Shown here one piece after another: positions 37,491-51,248 of a DNA stretch of 60,000 nucleotides. The translations under genes and the position numbers were made by a program. Below the pieces are notes generated by a model. That model had not been told where the DNA came from and did not search any database. It saw nothing but the letters and a program-made list of their open reading frames with translations. The first letter of the stretch is position 1. Every line of letters starts with the position of its first letter. The stretch is from Mobula hypostoma (taxonomy: Eukaryota), in the NCBI RefSeq assembly GCF_963921235.1, contig NC_086097.1, positions 163,248,001 through 163,308,000 on the forward strand, read 5' to 3'.

Positions 37491-38619
37491 TCAGGTTTCT
37501 GATGGCAACAGCAAGAAGAAGGCATGATCCGGATAGTGGGGGTCCTTGATGATAGATGCTGTCTTCTGATGTGGGATGGAAGTGTAGCGTGATTATACAG
37601 CATGTGCATGGTAAGGAAGACCAAGGAATTGGGATCTGTCAGTGTGACAGAGAGCATCAGATATATATAAAAAAAACATGCTTTCGGGTTATGCAGTTTT
37701 CAAATTCCAAATTTTATTTAGTTGATTTAATTTATACTTTCCAGTTGTGCTGGAGAGATGTAAACATATTAATTGATAATCAGTCCGGCAATTTTGATAC
37801 CATGCTACCTTACCTTTTAACCTTGTGATGTTGATACCGCGCTATCCTGAACTGGGAGTAAAACGCCGGGAAGCAGCAATATTGGCTGGTTAATGGCCCA
37901 TTGCCTTTTTGTATCTCAGCAGTAGGGAGCGCTGTCAGCCCGCCGGCATTCCTTCAACAGCGGCGCAGCGAACCCCAGCAAGAGTTCACGGCAGCCTCCG
38001 GTCCCACTTACGTGTGTGTGTATATACAATTGCCTTTTTTTTGGTGACAGCTTCACCATACACACCGTGTGAATGATGCTGAGGTTAATTGACTAATTAA
38101 TTTAGAGGACCCAGAGCTTTTGCATGGCAGAGGTGTTACTATCGTTTCCATCAATTTGGATATCCGTACAGGAAAACAATCCCTTCTTCGTATCTTGCTG
38201 GCAAAACCAAAACTAAATGAGAGAGAAAGAATCTGTAGTCTCTTCTTGTGTTTCCATGATAGGAACAATCTCTTCCAATCCACCCACCCCCCACAAACAA
38301 ATTTGAGAAACCGTTAATTTGTTTCCCTTTAACGGAAGCTTCAATGGCGGAGTTTTTCCATCATCTTTTGCTTCATAATATTAAATTTTAGGAACATTCT
38401 CAATATTTTAGGAACAGCTTCTTTCCCTCTGACATCAGATTTCTGAATGGTCAATGAATCCAACTCGACCTCACTATTTTGCTCTATTTATTTTGATATA
38501 TTTCTTATTAAGTATTGCACCGTATTGTTGCTGAAAAACAAAACGAATTTCATGATGTCTATGATGATGAACCTGATTATTATTTGCTTGTTGCCATCGG
38601 CAAAGGCACAGAGACAGGA

Positions 38620-39995
38620 CGTAGAGGCTGCACTCCGATCCAGGGCCACAAATAGTCCATCCAGGTGAGGCGACACTTCACCTGCAAGTCTGTCATTGTC
38701 ATCAGCGCAGCCTCCTTTTCATTGGTGAAATCAGACACAGATTGGGGTCTACGTTGTCAAGCACCTTCACTCAGTCCCCTCCAAAAGGCAGGATCTCCCG
38801 ATAGCCGCCCCTCTCTATCCGACCTCCCATTTCCATTTTGACCTGTCTTTCCATTGCCTCCTCTACTGCCACCATGAGGCCAAACTCTAATTGGAGGAGT
38901 AACATCTCATATTCTGTCAGAGTAGCCTTTTAACCTGTTGGCAAGAACATCGATTTCTCTAATTTCCCCATTCTGGTTACCCTCCCAACCGCTTCTCTTC
39001 TCCTCAGCAGCCCATTACCTGCACCTGTTTGCTTTCTTTCTTCCTTTCTTTTATGGTCTACAGTTTTCTCCCATTAGATTCCTTTTCCTTCATCCCATTG
39101 CCTCTTACTTTACTATATTGTCACCAAACAATTGATACTAGAGCATACAATCATCACAGTGATACCTGATTCTGCGCTTCGCCTATCCCCTCCCAGCTTA
39201 GAAACATAGACCATAGAAACATAGAAAACCTGCAGCGCAATACAGGCCCTTCGGCCCACAATGCTGTGCTGAACATATACTTACTTTAGAAATTACCTAG
39301 GGTTACCCATAGCCCTCTATTTTTCTAAGCTCCATGCACCTATCCAGGAGTCGCTTAAAAAGCCCTATTGTATCCGCCTCCACCACTGTTGCTGGCAGCC
39401 TGTTCCACACATTCACCACTCTCTGCGTAAAAAACTTACCCTGACATCTCCTCTGTACTTACAAACACCTGTGCTAGTCATTTCAGGCCTAGGAAAAAGC
39501 CTCTGACTATCCACATGATCAATGCCTCTCATCATCATCTTATACACCTCTATCAGGTCACCTCTCATCCTCCGCTGGTCCAAGGAGAAAAGGCCGAGTT
39601 CACTCAACCTATTCTCATAAGACGTACTCCCCAATCCAGGCAACATCCTTGTAAATCTCCTCTGCATTTTTTCTATAGTTTCCACATTCCACCTCATGTA
39701 GTGAGGTGAGCAGAACTGAACACAGAACTCCAGGTGGGGTCTGACCAGGGTCCTATATAGCTTCTTACATCATCCCCTCTCCCCCACCCATCCATCTCTC
39801 CCCTATCACCTGACAGCTTGTATTCTTTCCCCACTCCCCACCTTTTTATTCTGGCTTCTGTCCCTTCCTTTCCAGTCCTGAAGAAGGTCCTTGGTCAGAA
39901 ATGTTGACTGCTTATTCTCCTCCATAGACATGCTGGTGAGTTCCTCCACCATTTTGTGTTTTGCTTAGGAGTTCCAGCACCTGCAGGATCTCTTG
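38620..39995 (+). mobile_element. Degenerate Penelope element interrupted by CR1
   Basis: Decayed GIY-YIG-region similarity to 34908-35180; pLTR resumes at ~39760. Confidence 0.65.
39200..39760 (-). mobile_element. CR1 3' fragment
   Basis: MQRRFTRMLPG...RMRGDLIEVYK and CR1 tail. Confidence 0.9.
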
Positions 39996-41671
39996 TGTTA
40001 TAGATGTGCACAGTTTCTCCCCCCTCCCCCATGTAATAGGCACATTTACAGGCAGTAGCATCTGCATACACATGAAATATTTGAGGAACTCAGCAGATCA
40101 GGTAGCATCTATAGAAGGAAATAAGCAGTCGACATTTTGGGCCGAGTCTTTCAACTGGACAGGAAAAGAAGGGAGCAGAAGCCAGAAGAAGAAGGTGTGG
40201 GGGGTGTAGTAGGTGGTGATAGATGAGGCCTGATGACAGGAGGAGGTGGGGGTGGGTGGGGGGTGTTAATATGAGAAGCCGGGAGATAATAAATTAAAGA
40301 GGCAAAGGGGTGGTGAACAAGGAACCTGAAAGAGAGGACAGTGGGCCATGGAAGAAAGGGAAGAAGGTGGGGGACCAGAGGGAGGTGGTGTGCAGGTCAA
40401 ATGAAAGATCTTGATCTGAAATGTTGACTGTTCATTTAATTCAATAGATGCTGTCTGATCTGTTGAGTTCTTCCAGCATTTTGTGCATGTTGCTCAAGAT
40501 TTTCAGCATCTGTAGAATCTCTTGTGTCTCTGACACACGGACATCCTTCTTCTTAGAAAGCCTCTTGGAACAAGGATCATTTGCTTCCCCTCTGTTTTAG
40601 TGTTTTAGTGGGCTATAAGGTGGCATTGATATGAGCAATGTAGGAGCCACAGACCCTTCAACAGATAGAGAAGGAGGTGTCTGATGGGGTTGGTGTGAGG
40701 GTGGTTTATGAAGTCTTCTCATTTCTACTTGGTCTTAATCCATGGCCCTGAAGTTCAATGCTCCTTCCACACTTTAAATAGTCTTAGAGCAGAAAGTCAA
40801 TTGGAATATTGCATTTTTTTTCAGGGAGGTTTTGCGTACATTCTTCAAGCTTGCCCCTGTCCACTTGATAAACTTCCCAAGGCTTCCCACAGAACAGAGT
40901 GTGTGTTTCAGGAGGTTGATGTGGCTTACCCAAAGCAGCTGACTGAGGGTAATTAGGATCTCCATGCTGAGGACAATGGCAGAGTTATAGAGTCATACAG
41001 CATAGAAGCTGGCCCTTCAGCCCAACTAGTCCATCCTGACCAAGATGCCCTTCCAAACTCATCATACTTGCCTGCATTCAGCCCATATCCCTTTAGATTG
41101 TCCTTATCCATCTACCAATCCAGATGTCTTCCCATGTTGATTGCCAGTTCATGTATCCTTTTAGTGAATTTGGAGGGTTTTGCAGAGACAGTGCTGATGG
41201 TGTCTTTCAACTGCCTTGACATGCTTACCATAGCTTTCCAAAGGATGGGGTGTGATCACTGTTGGCCAGCAGACTGCAAGTGTCATGCCAGGCCTATGGT
41301 ATCGATCATTTCCTCACTGAGGTTCAAAATTGTGCAGGTGCTTTGACAGTGATGGTGAGTTTCTTTATCAATGTCTGCCTTCACCAAGCGATAGTTCCTG
41401 AGATATGGAAATGTTACATTTGTGTTGCCCTGTTATTAACAAGCTTTATGTAGGCACCCTCTAACAATGAACGTCCAAAAGAAAAACAAGAGATACAGCA
41501 CAAAAGGAGATGTTTCAGTCCATTAACTCTGTAGTAGCCCTATGTAAGAACAATCCAGCTGGTCCCTTTTGCCTGCTCTCTCCCCAGAGTCTTGCAGATT
41601 ATTTTCTCTCAGTACTTATTCAGTTTCCTTTGAATGCTACAATTAAATCTTCCTCCAATACTACACCTCCA

Positions 41672-42252
41672 TTGTTAAGATTGTGTATTGGTGTTCATTA
41701 ATCAGAGAATTGATTTCAAGAGCTGTGAGGTAATGTTGCAGCTTGATAAAACTCTGATTAGATCACATGTGGAATATTGTGTTTCAGTTAAGGTTGCCTC
41801 ATTAAAGGAAGGATGTGGAAGCTTTAGAGAGGATGCAGAGAAGATTTACCAGGATGCTGCCTGGATTGGAGAGCATGTCTTATGAGGAAAGGTTGAGTGA
41901 GCTAGGGCGTTTCACTTTGGAGCAAAGGAGAATGAGAGGTGACTTGATAGAGGTGTATAAGATGATAAGAGGCATAGATAGAGTGGACAGCCAGCAGCTG
42001 GGCATAATTTTATGGTGCTTGGGAGAAAGTTTGTTTTTACACACAGAGAGGTAAATACATGTGATGCACTGCTGGGTGTTTGTAGAGGCAGTTACATTAG
42101 GGGCATTAAGAGGCTTTTAGATAGGCACATAAATGAATGAAAAATAGAGGGTTATGTGGGAGTGAAGGTTTAGATTGATCTTGGAATAGGTTAAAAAGTC
42201 ACACAACATCGTGGACTCAAGGGCTTGTATCGTGCTATACTGTTCTATGTTC
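41672..42252 (+). mobile_element. CR1 3' fragment
   Basis: ERMQRRFTRMLPGLESMSYEERL; TGTTCTATGTTC tail. Confidence 0.85.
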
Positions 42253-44339
42253 GATGTACACCAGCCTGTGCATTTCCAGAGCATCACTGCTGGATGTGAA
42301 AGAATGTTTATCCTTGAGACTCCTTTTTCTTATTATTTTAATTCCAGCTTCCATAGTTCTTGACCTCTGCACCAGTGGGAACAGCTTCACTCCATGTGCT
42401 CTGATTATGCTCTTCCTACTGATAAGTACCTCTGTCAGATCCTTTCTTCCACTGCTCTGTTTCAGAGATAACAGCTTCTTTAGTCTATCCACCTAACCAA
42501 AGTCCCAGTCTCTGTGATCATTCTAATAAATCTGCACTTTCTCTAAATCTTTGACCACTTTGCTAAAGGGTAGTGTAGTGTCCACACCTGGACACAGCAC
42601 TCCATTTGTAGCTGATTATGTCATATCTTCATCATTCCTATGTCTTTTTGCCATTATTTATAAAGCCTATCTTGTCCATATTAATGAGCTGAGCTGTACC
42701 ACTTAATTAGACTATGTACATATACAGTAACTCTTGCTCATTTTTATAATAATGCCATCTAATAATACCTCTTTCTCTTACCAAACTACATCATATTTCT
42801 CAGCATTATATTTCATCTGTTATCTATCTGCTCATTCCATCAGTCTGTCTGCCTTCGGAGCAAAGGAGAATGAGAGGTGACTTGATAGAGGTGTGTAAGA
42901 TGATAAGAGGCATAGATAGAGTGGACAGCCAGCACCTGGGCATAATTCACTACCCCTTCAAGGTTTTTGTCATCTGTACCTTTGGAAATTATGTTCTTTC
43001 TATCCATGTCCAAAGCTCCTGAGGAACTCCACTGTACACTTTTTCTCAGCCTGAAAAACATTCTATCGCTATGATCTGCTTCTTATTAATGAACTAGTTT
43101 TCTAACCACACCACTACAACTTCTTTTCTTCCAAGTTCCTCAACATTGATTACAAGCTTGTTATGTAGGATCTTATTAAATGGCTTTTTAGATGTCGATA
43201 TATATTACTTTACTATGTTTCCCTTATTGGCCACCTCTGCCACTTCATCAAAAAACTCCAAGTTACTCAAAAACACATGATCTTTTCGAAGTCCAAATGC
43301 TTTTTTGTTTAAAAAGTCCACATTTGTCCAAACAACTGTTAATTTTATCCCTTCTGGAAGTTATTCCTTATGAAGGTTAAATTGACTTATCTATAGTCAC
43401 TGGTATATCCTCTTGTTTTGAATAGCTGCTGTAACATTTTACAATTTTATGTTCCTTAGGAATCACTTCTGAACCTGCAGATGTTAGGAGATTATGAGAA
43501 GGGCCTTTGTAATTTGCTCCTTTATGGTCCTCAGTACCATTTGTCCATTATAAGCACAGTACTTCTGGTTTATCAAAGTTAATCCATTCTGATCATCAAC
43601 CATATCTTTCTCACCAATAACCTGGCAGAATTTTCTTCCTTGGCAAAGAGTGTAATAAAATTGAGGTCCTCCATTGGTCGGAGACCATGGATATTGCATC
43701 CCAGCTGTCTACATGATATGCAAGCCAGGGCAGTATGATACAGAGAGCAAGCTGTTGCCATGTAGCAGGCTCTCCCTCTCCGTGCAGCTGATGAATCCAA
43801 AAGAATGGCAGAGACCTCTACAGTTTGGCACCAGCAGTATCACAGGAGTTGCCAGTCAGCAATGAATTCAATGTAGAGACTCCAGCTCCAGATTTTTTCC
43901 TCAGGATTTACTCGTGAAGCCTTCCTCATGAGTGAGTATAGCTGCAAAACAGTGGAGGTTTGAGATCAATGTTTTCATTCTCCTAGATGAGCTGCCAACC
44001 ATGGCTGATGAGCCCCATCTGCCTGAAGTGGTTGGTTTTAAGGCAACAGTAAACTACCTTTTCCTCTTCTCCTGTCAGTAAAAATGGTTCTGCCAGGTTT
44101 AGTAGCTAAGCCACACATGAAGGCCAGGAGCTGGACTTAGATGTCAGAGACTATTTGAGACAGATGCCATTGGGAGCATTTAATAGGTAGTGGGATCTTA
44201 TCCCTACTATCACCCCCAGCTTTTAACAGCCTTAAGTAAGACACCAAATAAAAAGCTATTTCATATTTCAGACACTCCCTTCACTTCCATGAACAGATTT
44301 CCACAGTAGTCCCTATGCACATGCTGCTGGTTATGTAAA

Positions 44340-45010
44340 TGGTTTTGAGGTTGAGCGGATTAAAAGCTTCAGGTTCCTAGGAACAGATATCGCCGATAGC
44401 CTATCCTTATTGAACCACATAGATAACGCCGCCAAGAAAGTGCACCAATGCCTCTACTTCCTCGGGAGGATAAAGATAATTTCATGCCTCTTTGACCCTC
44501 ACAAACTTTTAGCCGTGCACCATAAAAAGCATCCTATCTGGATGTACCATGCGCTAGTATGGAAACTGCTCTGCCCAAGACAGAGTTGTTCATGGAAACC
44601 AGCCTCCCCTCCATGGACTTTGCCTACACTTCTCACTGGTCCTCTACAGCAGCCAATGTAATCAATGACTCTGCCCAACCCAGACATTCTCTCTCTCCTC
44701 CCTTCTGCTGGGCAGAAAATACAGAAGACGGAAATCACGTACCATCAGGCTCAAGGACACCTTCTATCCTGCTATTATAAGACTTTTGAATGGGTCCTGG
44801 TACCATAAGATGAACTCTTGACCACAAATACTACTTGTCATGGCCTCGAACCTTATTGACTACCTGCACTACACCTTCTCTCTAATTATAACACTTGATT
44901 CTGAATTCTGTTGTTGTTTTATTTTGTACTACCTCATTGTCTGTTGTATTGAAATGATCTGGATGGTATGCAAAGCTTTCCACATGTGACAATAATAAAC
45001 CGATTTACCA
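44340..45010 (+). mobile_element. Degenerate Rex1-like 3' fragment
   Basis: SFRFLG, KKVHQCLYFL and later Rex1 C-terminal remnants. Confidence 0.65.
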
Positions 45011-47007
45011 ATCATTCAGTGTAATCTTACCATCTGCAATTCTTTCCCGGTACACATACCAACAGAATATTTCTGAAACCCATTCTATCAATGCCATCAG
45101 ACATCTCTCAACCTCTCTCAGTCTCTCTGGTTTTCTCTTAACTTCCCATCACCATTATTAACTGCTGTTGTGTGAACGAAGTCACTAGTGAAAATTACTG
45201 GTAGATACAAAGTAGCTTCTTTATTTGACAAAACAAGGTACAGCAGGCATCATATGGAGATGCTTTTGGTGGAAAGGTCTGCTGGTCCAACATGGGGCTC
45301 GATACTTTATGTGCCAAGTATGAAAGGACAACTCCATATTTACAATGTACGGACAACACTTCCTTTGAATATACATTCAACCTTCACACCTCCTGATTCA
45401 CATCCACACCACAGACATACAAGTGAACTTTAATCAGCATTGTCTGGACTGCGATTCACTGCCTTTAGGAACCCATTGTTCAGAGTTGCACTCCAAATTA
45501 AATGCACAATACATTTTCAGATGTGAAGACTGGTAGCCAAAGCCAATTGCTAAAAGTACACATCCTAAACCCAAAAATCACTCTCACTTTCCAGCACCTT
45601 TCACATTTCCTTACTAGCAATCAATGTATTTCTGAAGTCTTGTTGCTGCTGAAGTTTCATTGAAGAAAAGAAACAATAGGGACCTCATTGTGCTTTGGGA
45701 GCTCTCAAAAATATCGATGTGATGATGACCAGATGAATCAGTTCTTAAGGGAAGCAAATGTTAAATGAACCCAGCCAGCCCATCAGCATCTGTGGGAAGA
45801 GAAACCAGTTAACCTTTTACTTCAGATACCCTTTTTCAGAGCTGGAAGGAGGAGTAGTTTCCTCCTTCACCCTACAAAGCAGATTGAAGGGTTAAAATGA
45901 GTCAGTTCACTGGAGATAATTACACTGCTCTTCTTTGTAATAAATGGAGCAGAGAGGGTCTTGGTTAGAGCATCATATGTTAGAAACCATGTCCGATAAT
46001 GCAGCGTGCTGTCAGCCTTAAACTGAAGTTTTGGCATGGATTTTTCTGCTCAAGCCTCTGCAGAAAAGCAAGTGGGTGATGTTTGTACAGATTTTCACTT
46101 TTTTTTTTATCAACGTGCATGTAGTTTGCAGCCTATTTGCTTCCAGCCAATGTTCTAAGTCATGGCCATCCATGGTAAGGAACCTAGACCATCAGAAACA
46201 CTGAGGCATCAGTGACTGACTCATCGTGATTCATCTGGCTGTGCTGCTTGACTTGAGTTGGATTTCATTCGCACCAAGACATCATTTGCTATGAAGAAGC
46301 CAGTCATTGTGGAGTATAAAATGTCACTTTTCAAGTTGGCCAAAGGAAATTCAGTGTAGCTTGGATCTGGGTTCCTCTTCAGCACAAAGACTTGATTTTT
46401 ATATCAATTACACCCACAGAAACCTTCCCCCTTTTCACCTGCCACACCCCCACACCCCTGCCTTTCCTGCTTTCTACTAATTCTGTCCCTGGTTATTATT
46501 TCTGGAACCTTCTCCACCATGATGATAAACTCAAAATGAAAATAAAAATAACTATATGCAGGAAATTGGAACTGAAAACAGTAAGTGCTGGGAGCACCCA
46601 GCAGGCCAGGCAGCATCGATGAAAAGAGAAAAGGAGCTAGACTATGAAACCAAAAGCTTCTTGTCCGAGGTGAAACTGAATGGTCTGTAGTTACTGTGTT
46701 TCACATCAAGTTTCGAATGAGAACTTAACTTTTGCAGCTTTTCACTCCACGGTGATGATGCCTAAATCTATCAATGACTTGAAAATAAGGGCAGGGTCTT
46801 TACAATTTCCTGTCGTATGTACCTCATTAATCTAGGATGCATCCTATGTAGATCCAGTCTTTAGAACAGAGTTTAGGAGGCACTTCGCAGAACTATTGGT
46901 TTCACTGTACGATCCGTAGTGCAACTGATAGCTTGCTGGACTTCCACTGATATGAGAGCATGTAAATCAAAATTAGTGGGTTTCAGTCCCACCAGAGCTG
47001 TTATATT

Positions 47008-47240
47008 GCAGGGCAGCACAGTACCAGAATTAGTAGTGCATCACCGTGTGGCACCGGTAGTCACTGATCAGAGCTTAGTTCCTGCTGCTGCCTGTCAGGA
47101 GTTTGTACATTCTCCGCGTGACTGTAAGGGTTTTCTCTGGGTGCTCTGGTTTCCTCCCACATTCCAAAGATGTATGGCTAGAGTTAGTGAGTCGAGTGCA
47201 TGGTATGCTGGTACCAGAAACATGGCAACACATGCCCAGT
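47008..47240 (+). mobile_element. V-SINE (HE1-like)
   Basis: V-domain GGGTTTTCTCTGGGTGCTCTGGTTTCCTCCCACATTCCAAAGA; a second, older copy follows at ~47285-47600. Confidence 0.7.
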
Positions 47241-50099
47241 ACAATTCTTCCTAATAGATGCAAACTCTAATAGGTTATTTAGGAAACAGTGCCACAGCAG
47301 GTAGTGCAGCTATTTTCTAGTATTGTCTACAAAGAGTTTTCACTTTCTTCCACGTGAGTGACTGACTGCAGGGGTTTCCCACCACTGCTCCAGTTACCTC
47401 ACACATCCAAAGCACATACTGGTTGGTGGATTAATTGGGTGCCATGAATTCACCTCGGTGCAGGTAGCCAGTGCGAGCATCAGTCGGTTAGTTTGGAATG
47501 CATGTGAGTGAATAGATCTCACATAAATAAGTGGGGGAATGGAACTGTTGGGATTGCACTGAGATCTGGCATCGACTCAATGGGCTGAATAGCTCCCTCC
47601 TATAAGGCAATATGAGAAAGCCTCACAAAAATAGAAAAATGCATTCGCAAACTTAACAAATTCAACTTGTGATAAGAGATGAGATTCTACCAGAGTTAGA
47701 AAGAAAAACATCTTGGAAAAGAATCAGCATGAGGAAGGATCTATATTCCAAAGTAAGGTGAAACTCATTCTGTTCCAAGGTTCTTGTTTAGTAAAACAAC
47801 ATCAATCTCAATACGAATCTCTTGTCAGTTCTCTCCGAGAAAATGATGATGTTTGCCTGAAGATTTTTGAGGGACAGTAGTGGTAGCAGTGAATTAATTC
47901 ATTGGTGTTTTTACACTGAGCTTTAGCACACATGATTATACTTCTGGAGTGGCACTGCTCCGTCATCCACATTTTCAATTATGATCAGTTCAGAGTAATC
48001 AGGAATGCAAACCCCGTTGTAGCTTCTTCAGTGCTGAGTTTAAGATGGTGCTAGTGAAAATGTGCGACAGCTTATTGGTCGTTCGAAAACAAAGAAATTT
48101 AATTAAAACCATTACTAATAAGACTTATTTGAAAGAAAATTGTGGAAAACTATCACCACAAACAATGAAGAAGAAGCAAAGGCAAAGCTGATTTGTGGGA
48201 CATTCCCTGCTGGCACGCTGCAGAATCAACACACTTGGAATTGGGGCTGTCCTGGTTGGACTGATCGATTCAGAGGGGAGAAGACAGGGCAAAGGAGTTC
48301 AGTTGCCCATTCAGTTAATCTGGGTATGAGGCTGGATTGCTCTAAACGCTGAGCCAAATCGGAGAGGCTGAGAACGGCTTCTTTGGCAGCGAACTCCAGG
48401 TCCAAAGTGAATTGCTGGGCAGTGTGTTCTTGGCCCAGAATGACTGACCATGGTGAGGCCTAGGTCCTAATGCGAGGTACAATTTTCTGTTTGGACAATC
48501 TAAATGTTGGCCCATATAGACTGGAAAGGCGGGTCAGACGAGGTTGGGTTGTTCTGGGCGCCGAGCTGCTTTGGAGAGGTCAAGAACGGCTCCTTCGGTA
48601 GCGAAATCTAGGGCTGGATCGATGTCCCGGTGGAGGGGCCGGGTCCTAGTGTGAGGTTCGGACAATTTAAATGCCAGCCCACAGAGTCTGAGGGCTTCTC
48701 TCTCCACGGTACTAAGGCTGTTTGCAGCGATTTGCCCCACTAATATGATGAGCTGAACACCAAGGCTTTGGGCCTACCCCAGGCTGCTCCTGGGTTTTGG
48801 ATCTATGGACCCAATTTTGGGTTGGAATGCTGTTGCTTGCTTTTGTTGGGCATTGGAGGGTTGGTCTTATTTTTTTAATTGGGTTCTTTCAGGATTCTTG
48901 ATTTGCAATTGTCCTTAAGCAAACATATCTCAAGATGTATTATTTATTCATTCTTTGATAATAAATGCACTCTGAAACTTTGAGCCCAATTGTAGAATCC
49001 CAGCTGTGCTTCCACTCAGGTTAGGTGGGTTGCCTCTTCTGACAGTCCCCTCTCTCATAATGTTTCTTGTAACTTGAAAGGGCATAAAATTACACGTGTC
49101 CAAGTTGACAATGAAACTCTACACATGCACTTCTTTACCCTTGGTGGTAGGATTTTAAGCTAATTTTAATAGAGGGGCCCGTCAGCCTGTGAAATAAGAG
49201 GCCGCCAAAGAACCTAAGGAGAAATGGGAAAATTTGATTTAAGTTATAACAACATGAAACACATCATCTGTAACAAACAATCTCAATAGGACAGAAGGAG
49301 ATATTTACTTGTAAATGAAAGAAATCTGGTTCATAGTGAATGGTCCCAAGCTGGGGACCAATTGGATAATTCCTTTAAAGGGCTGTAATTGGGCAGGTGA
49401 TCAAATGTTTTCCTTTTGGATTCCATGTACAGTACAATACCAATTTAGAATGAAGCTTTTATGACAGCATTAACAACTACATGCAGGAGATTGGTGTGGC
49501 TAATTCAAATTCCTCCTGATCTGAATGCACATTTTCCTTGAATCTTCCCTTCCCTAGGTGAAGCAGATTTGGTTTGTGAGGTGGAATCAGTGAGCAGTTT
49601 GAATGTATGTTCCTGCTTCCTGTGTATAAACCAATGTATTAACTTTAGCAACAATTAACAGAAAAACCAAATCTCGTTTTAAGTTCTACCTCTATACACA
49701 GTATGCAAGACAAGCTTTTTGCTGTATTTCAGTTCATGTGATGATAACAAACTAATACCAAAACTAATATAAATACCAAATTATACATTACTTTTTGTGA
49801 GGTTTGGGTAGTATGGAGACAGGCCCTTTGGTCTATGTCAACCATCAATCATTCATTTAGTGTAATCATATTTTATGCTCCCCACATTCCTGTCCAATGG
49901 CTCTAGATTCTATAACTCACCTACACACTAGGGGCAACTTACCGTGGCCAACTAACCATCAACTACACTTTGCGATGTTGATAGAAACTGAAGGAAACTC
50001 ACACAGTCAAATGACAAACCTGAGATGGGAGGTTGGAGCTCTTCTAGCTGAACCATTGTGCTACTGGGATTAAATTATTTTTTTTTATCCCAGTAGCAC

Positions 50100-51248
50100 T
50101 TACATCTACAGTGATGAAACGCTTTGAGAGGTTGGTCATGACTAGACTGAAATCCTGCCTCAGCAAGGACCTGGACACATTGCAATTTGCCTATCACCAC
50201 AGTAGGTCAACAGCAGATGCAATCTCAATGGCTTTTCACACAGCTCCTCAACTTCCTAACCAGAAGACCACAATCTATGTGGATTGATGATAATATCTCC
50301 TCCTCAGTGTACCGTGGGGGTGTGTGCTTAGCCCACTGCTCTACTCTTTTCTCCCCATGACTGTGTGGCTAGGCATAGCTCAAATACCATCTATAAATTT
50401 GCTGATGATGGAGACGAGATTCACATGGAGACGAGAGGGCGTACAAGCGTGAGATATGCCAACTAGTGCGGTGGTGCCGCAGCAACAACCTTGCACTCAA
50501 CTTTGCCAGTAAGATGAAAGAGCTAATTGTGGACTTCAGGAAGGGTAAGATGAAGGAACACACACCAATCCTTATAGAGGGATCAGAAGTGGAGAGAGTG
50601 AGCAGTTTCAAGTTCCTGGGTGTCAAGATCTCTAAGAACCGAACCTGGTCCCAACATATCGATGCAGTTATAAAGAAGGCAAGACTGCAACTATACTTCT
50701 TTAGGAGTTTGTACCGTGGAGAGCATTCTGACAGGCTGCATCACTGTCTGGTATGGGGGGAGGGGGACAGCTACTGCACAGAACCGAAAGAAGCTGCAGA
50801 GGGTTGTAAATTTAGTCGGCTCCATCTTGAGTACTAGTCCAAAAAGTACCCAGGATATCTTCAAGGAGTGGTGTCTCAGAAAGGCAGTGTCCATTATTAA
50901 CGACCTCCTGCACTCAGGGCATGCCCTTTTCTTACTGTTACCATCAGGAAAGAGATACAGAAGCTTGAAGGCACACACTCAGTGATTCAGGAACAGCTTC
51001 TTCCCCTCTGCCATCTGATTCCTAAACAGACATTGAACCCGTGAACACTACCTCACTTTTTTAATACACATTATTTCTGTTTTCTTGCACAATTTTTAAT
51101 CTATTCAATATATGTATACTGTAAATTTATTTATTTATTTATTTATTTTCCCCCTTCTTCTATATTATGTACTGCATTGAACTGCTGCTGCTAAGTTAAC
51201 AAAATTTCACGACATATGCCGGTGATAATAAACCTGATTCTGATTCTC
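50100..51248 (+). mobile_element. Rex1/Babar-like LINE fragment
   Basis: Closely similar to 18577-20162; ESILTGCITVWYG, LLPSGKRYRS; (CTGATT)n tail. Confidence 0.9.

Noticed and set aside
45165..45586. Another solo LTR
   Set aside because: Boundaries and TSD were not resolvable by eye.
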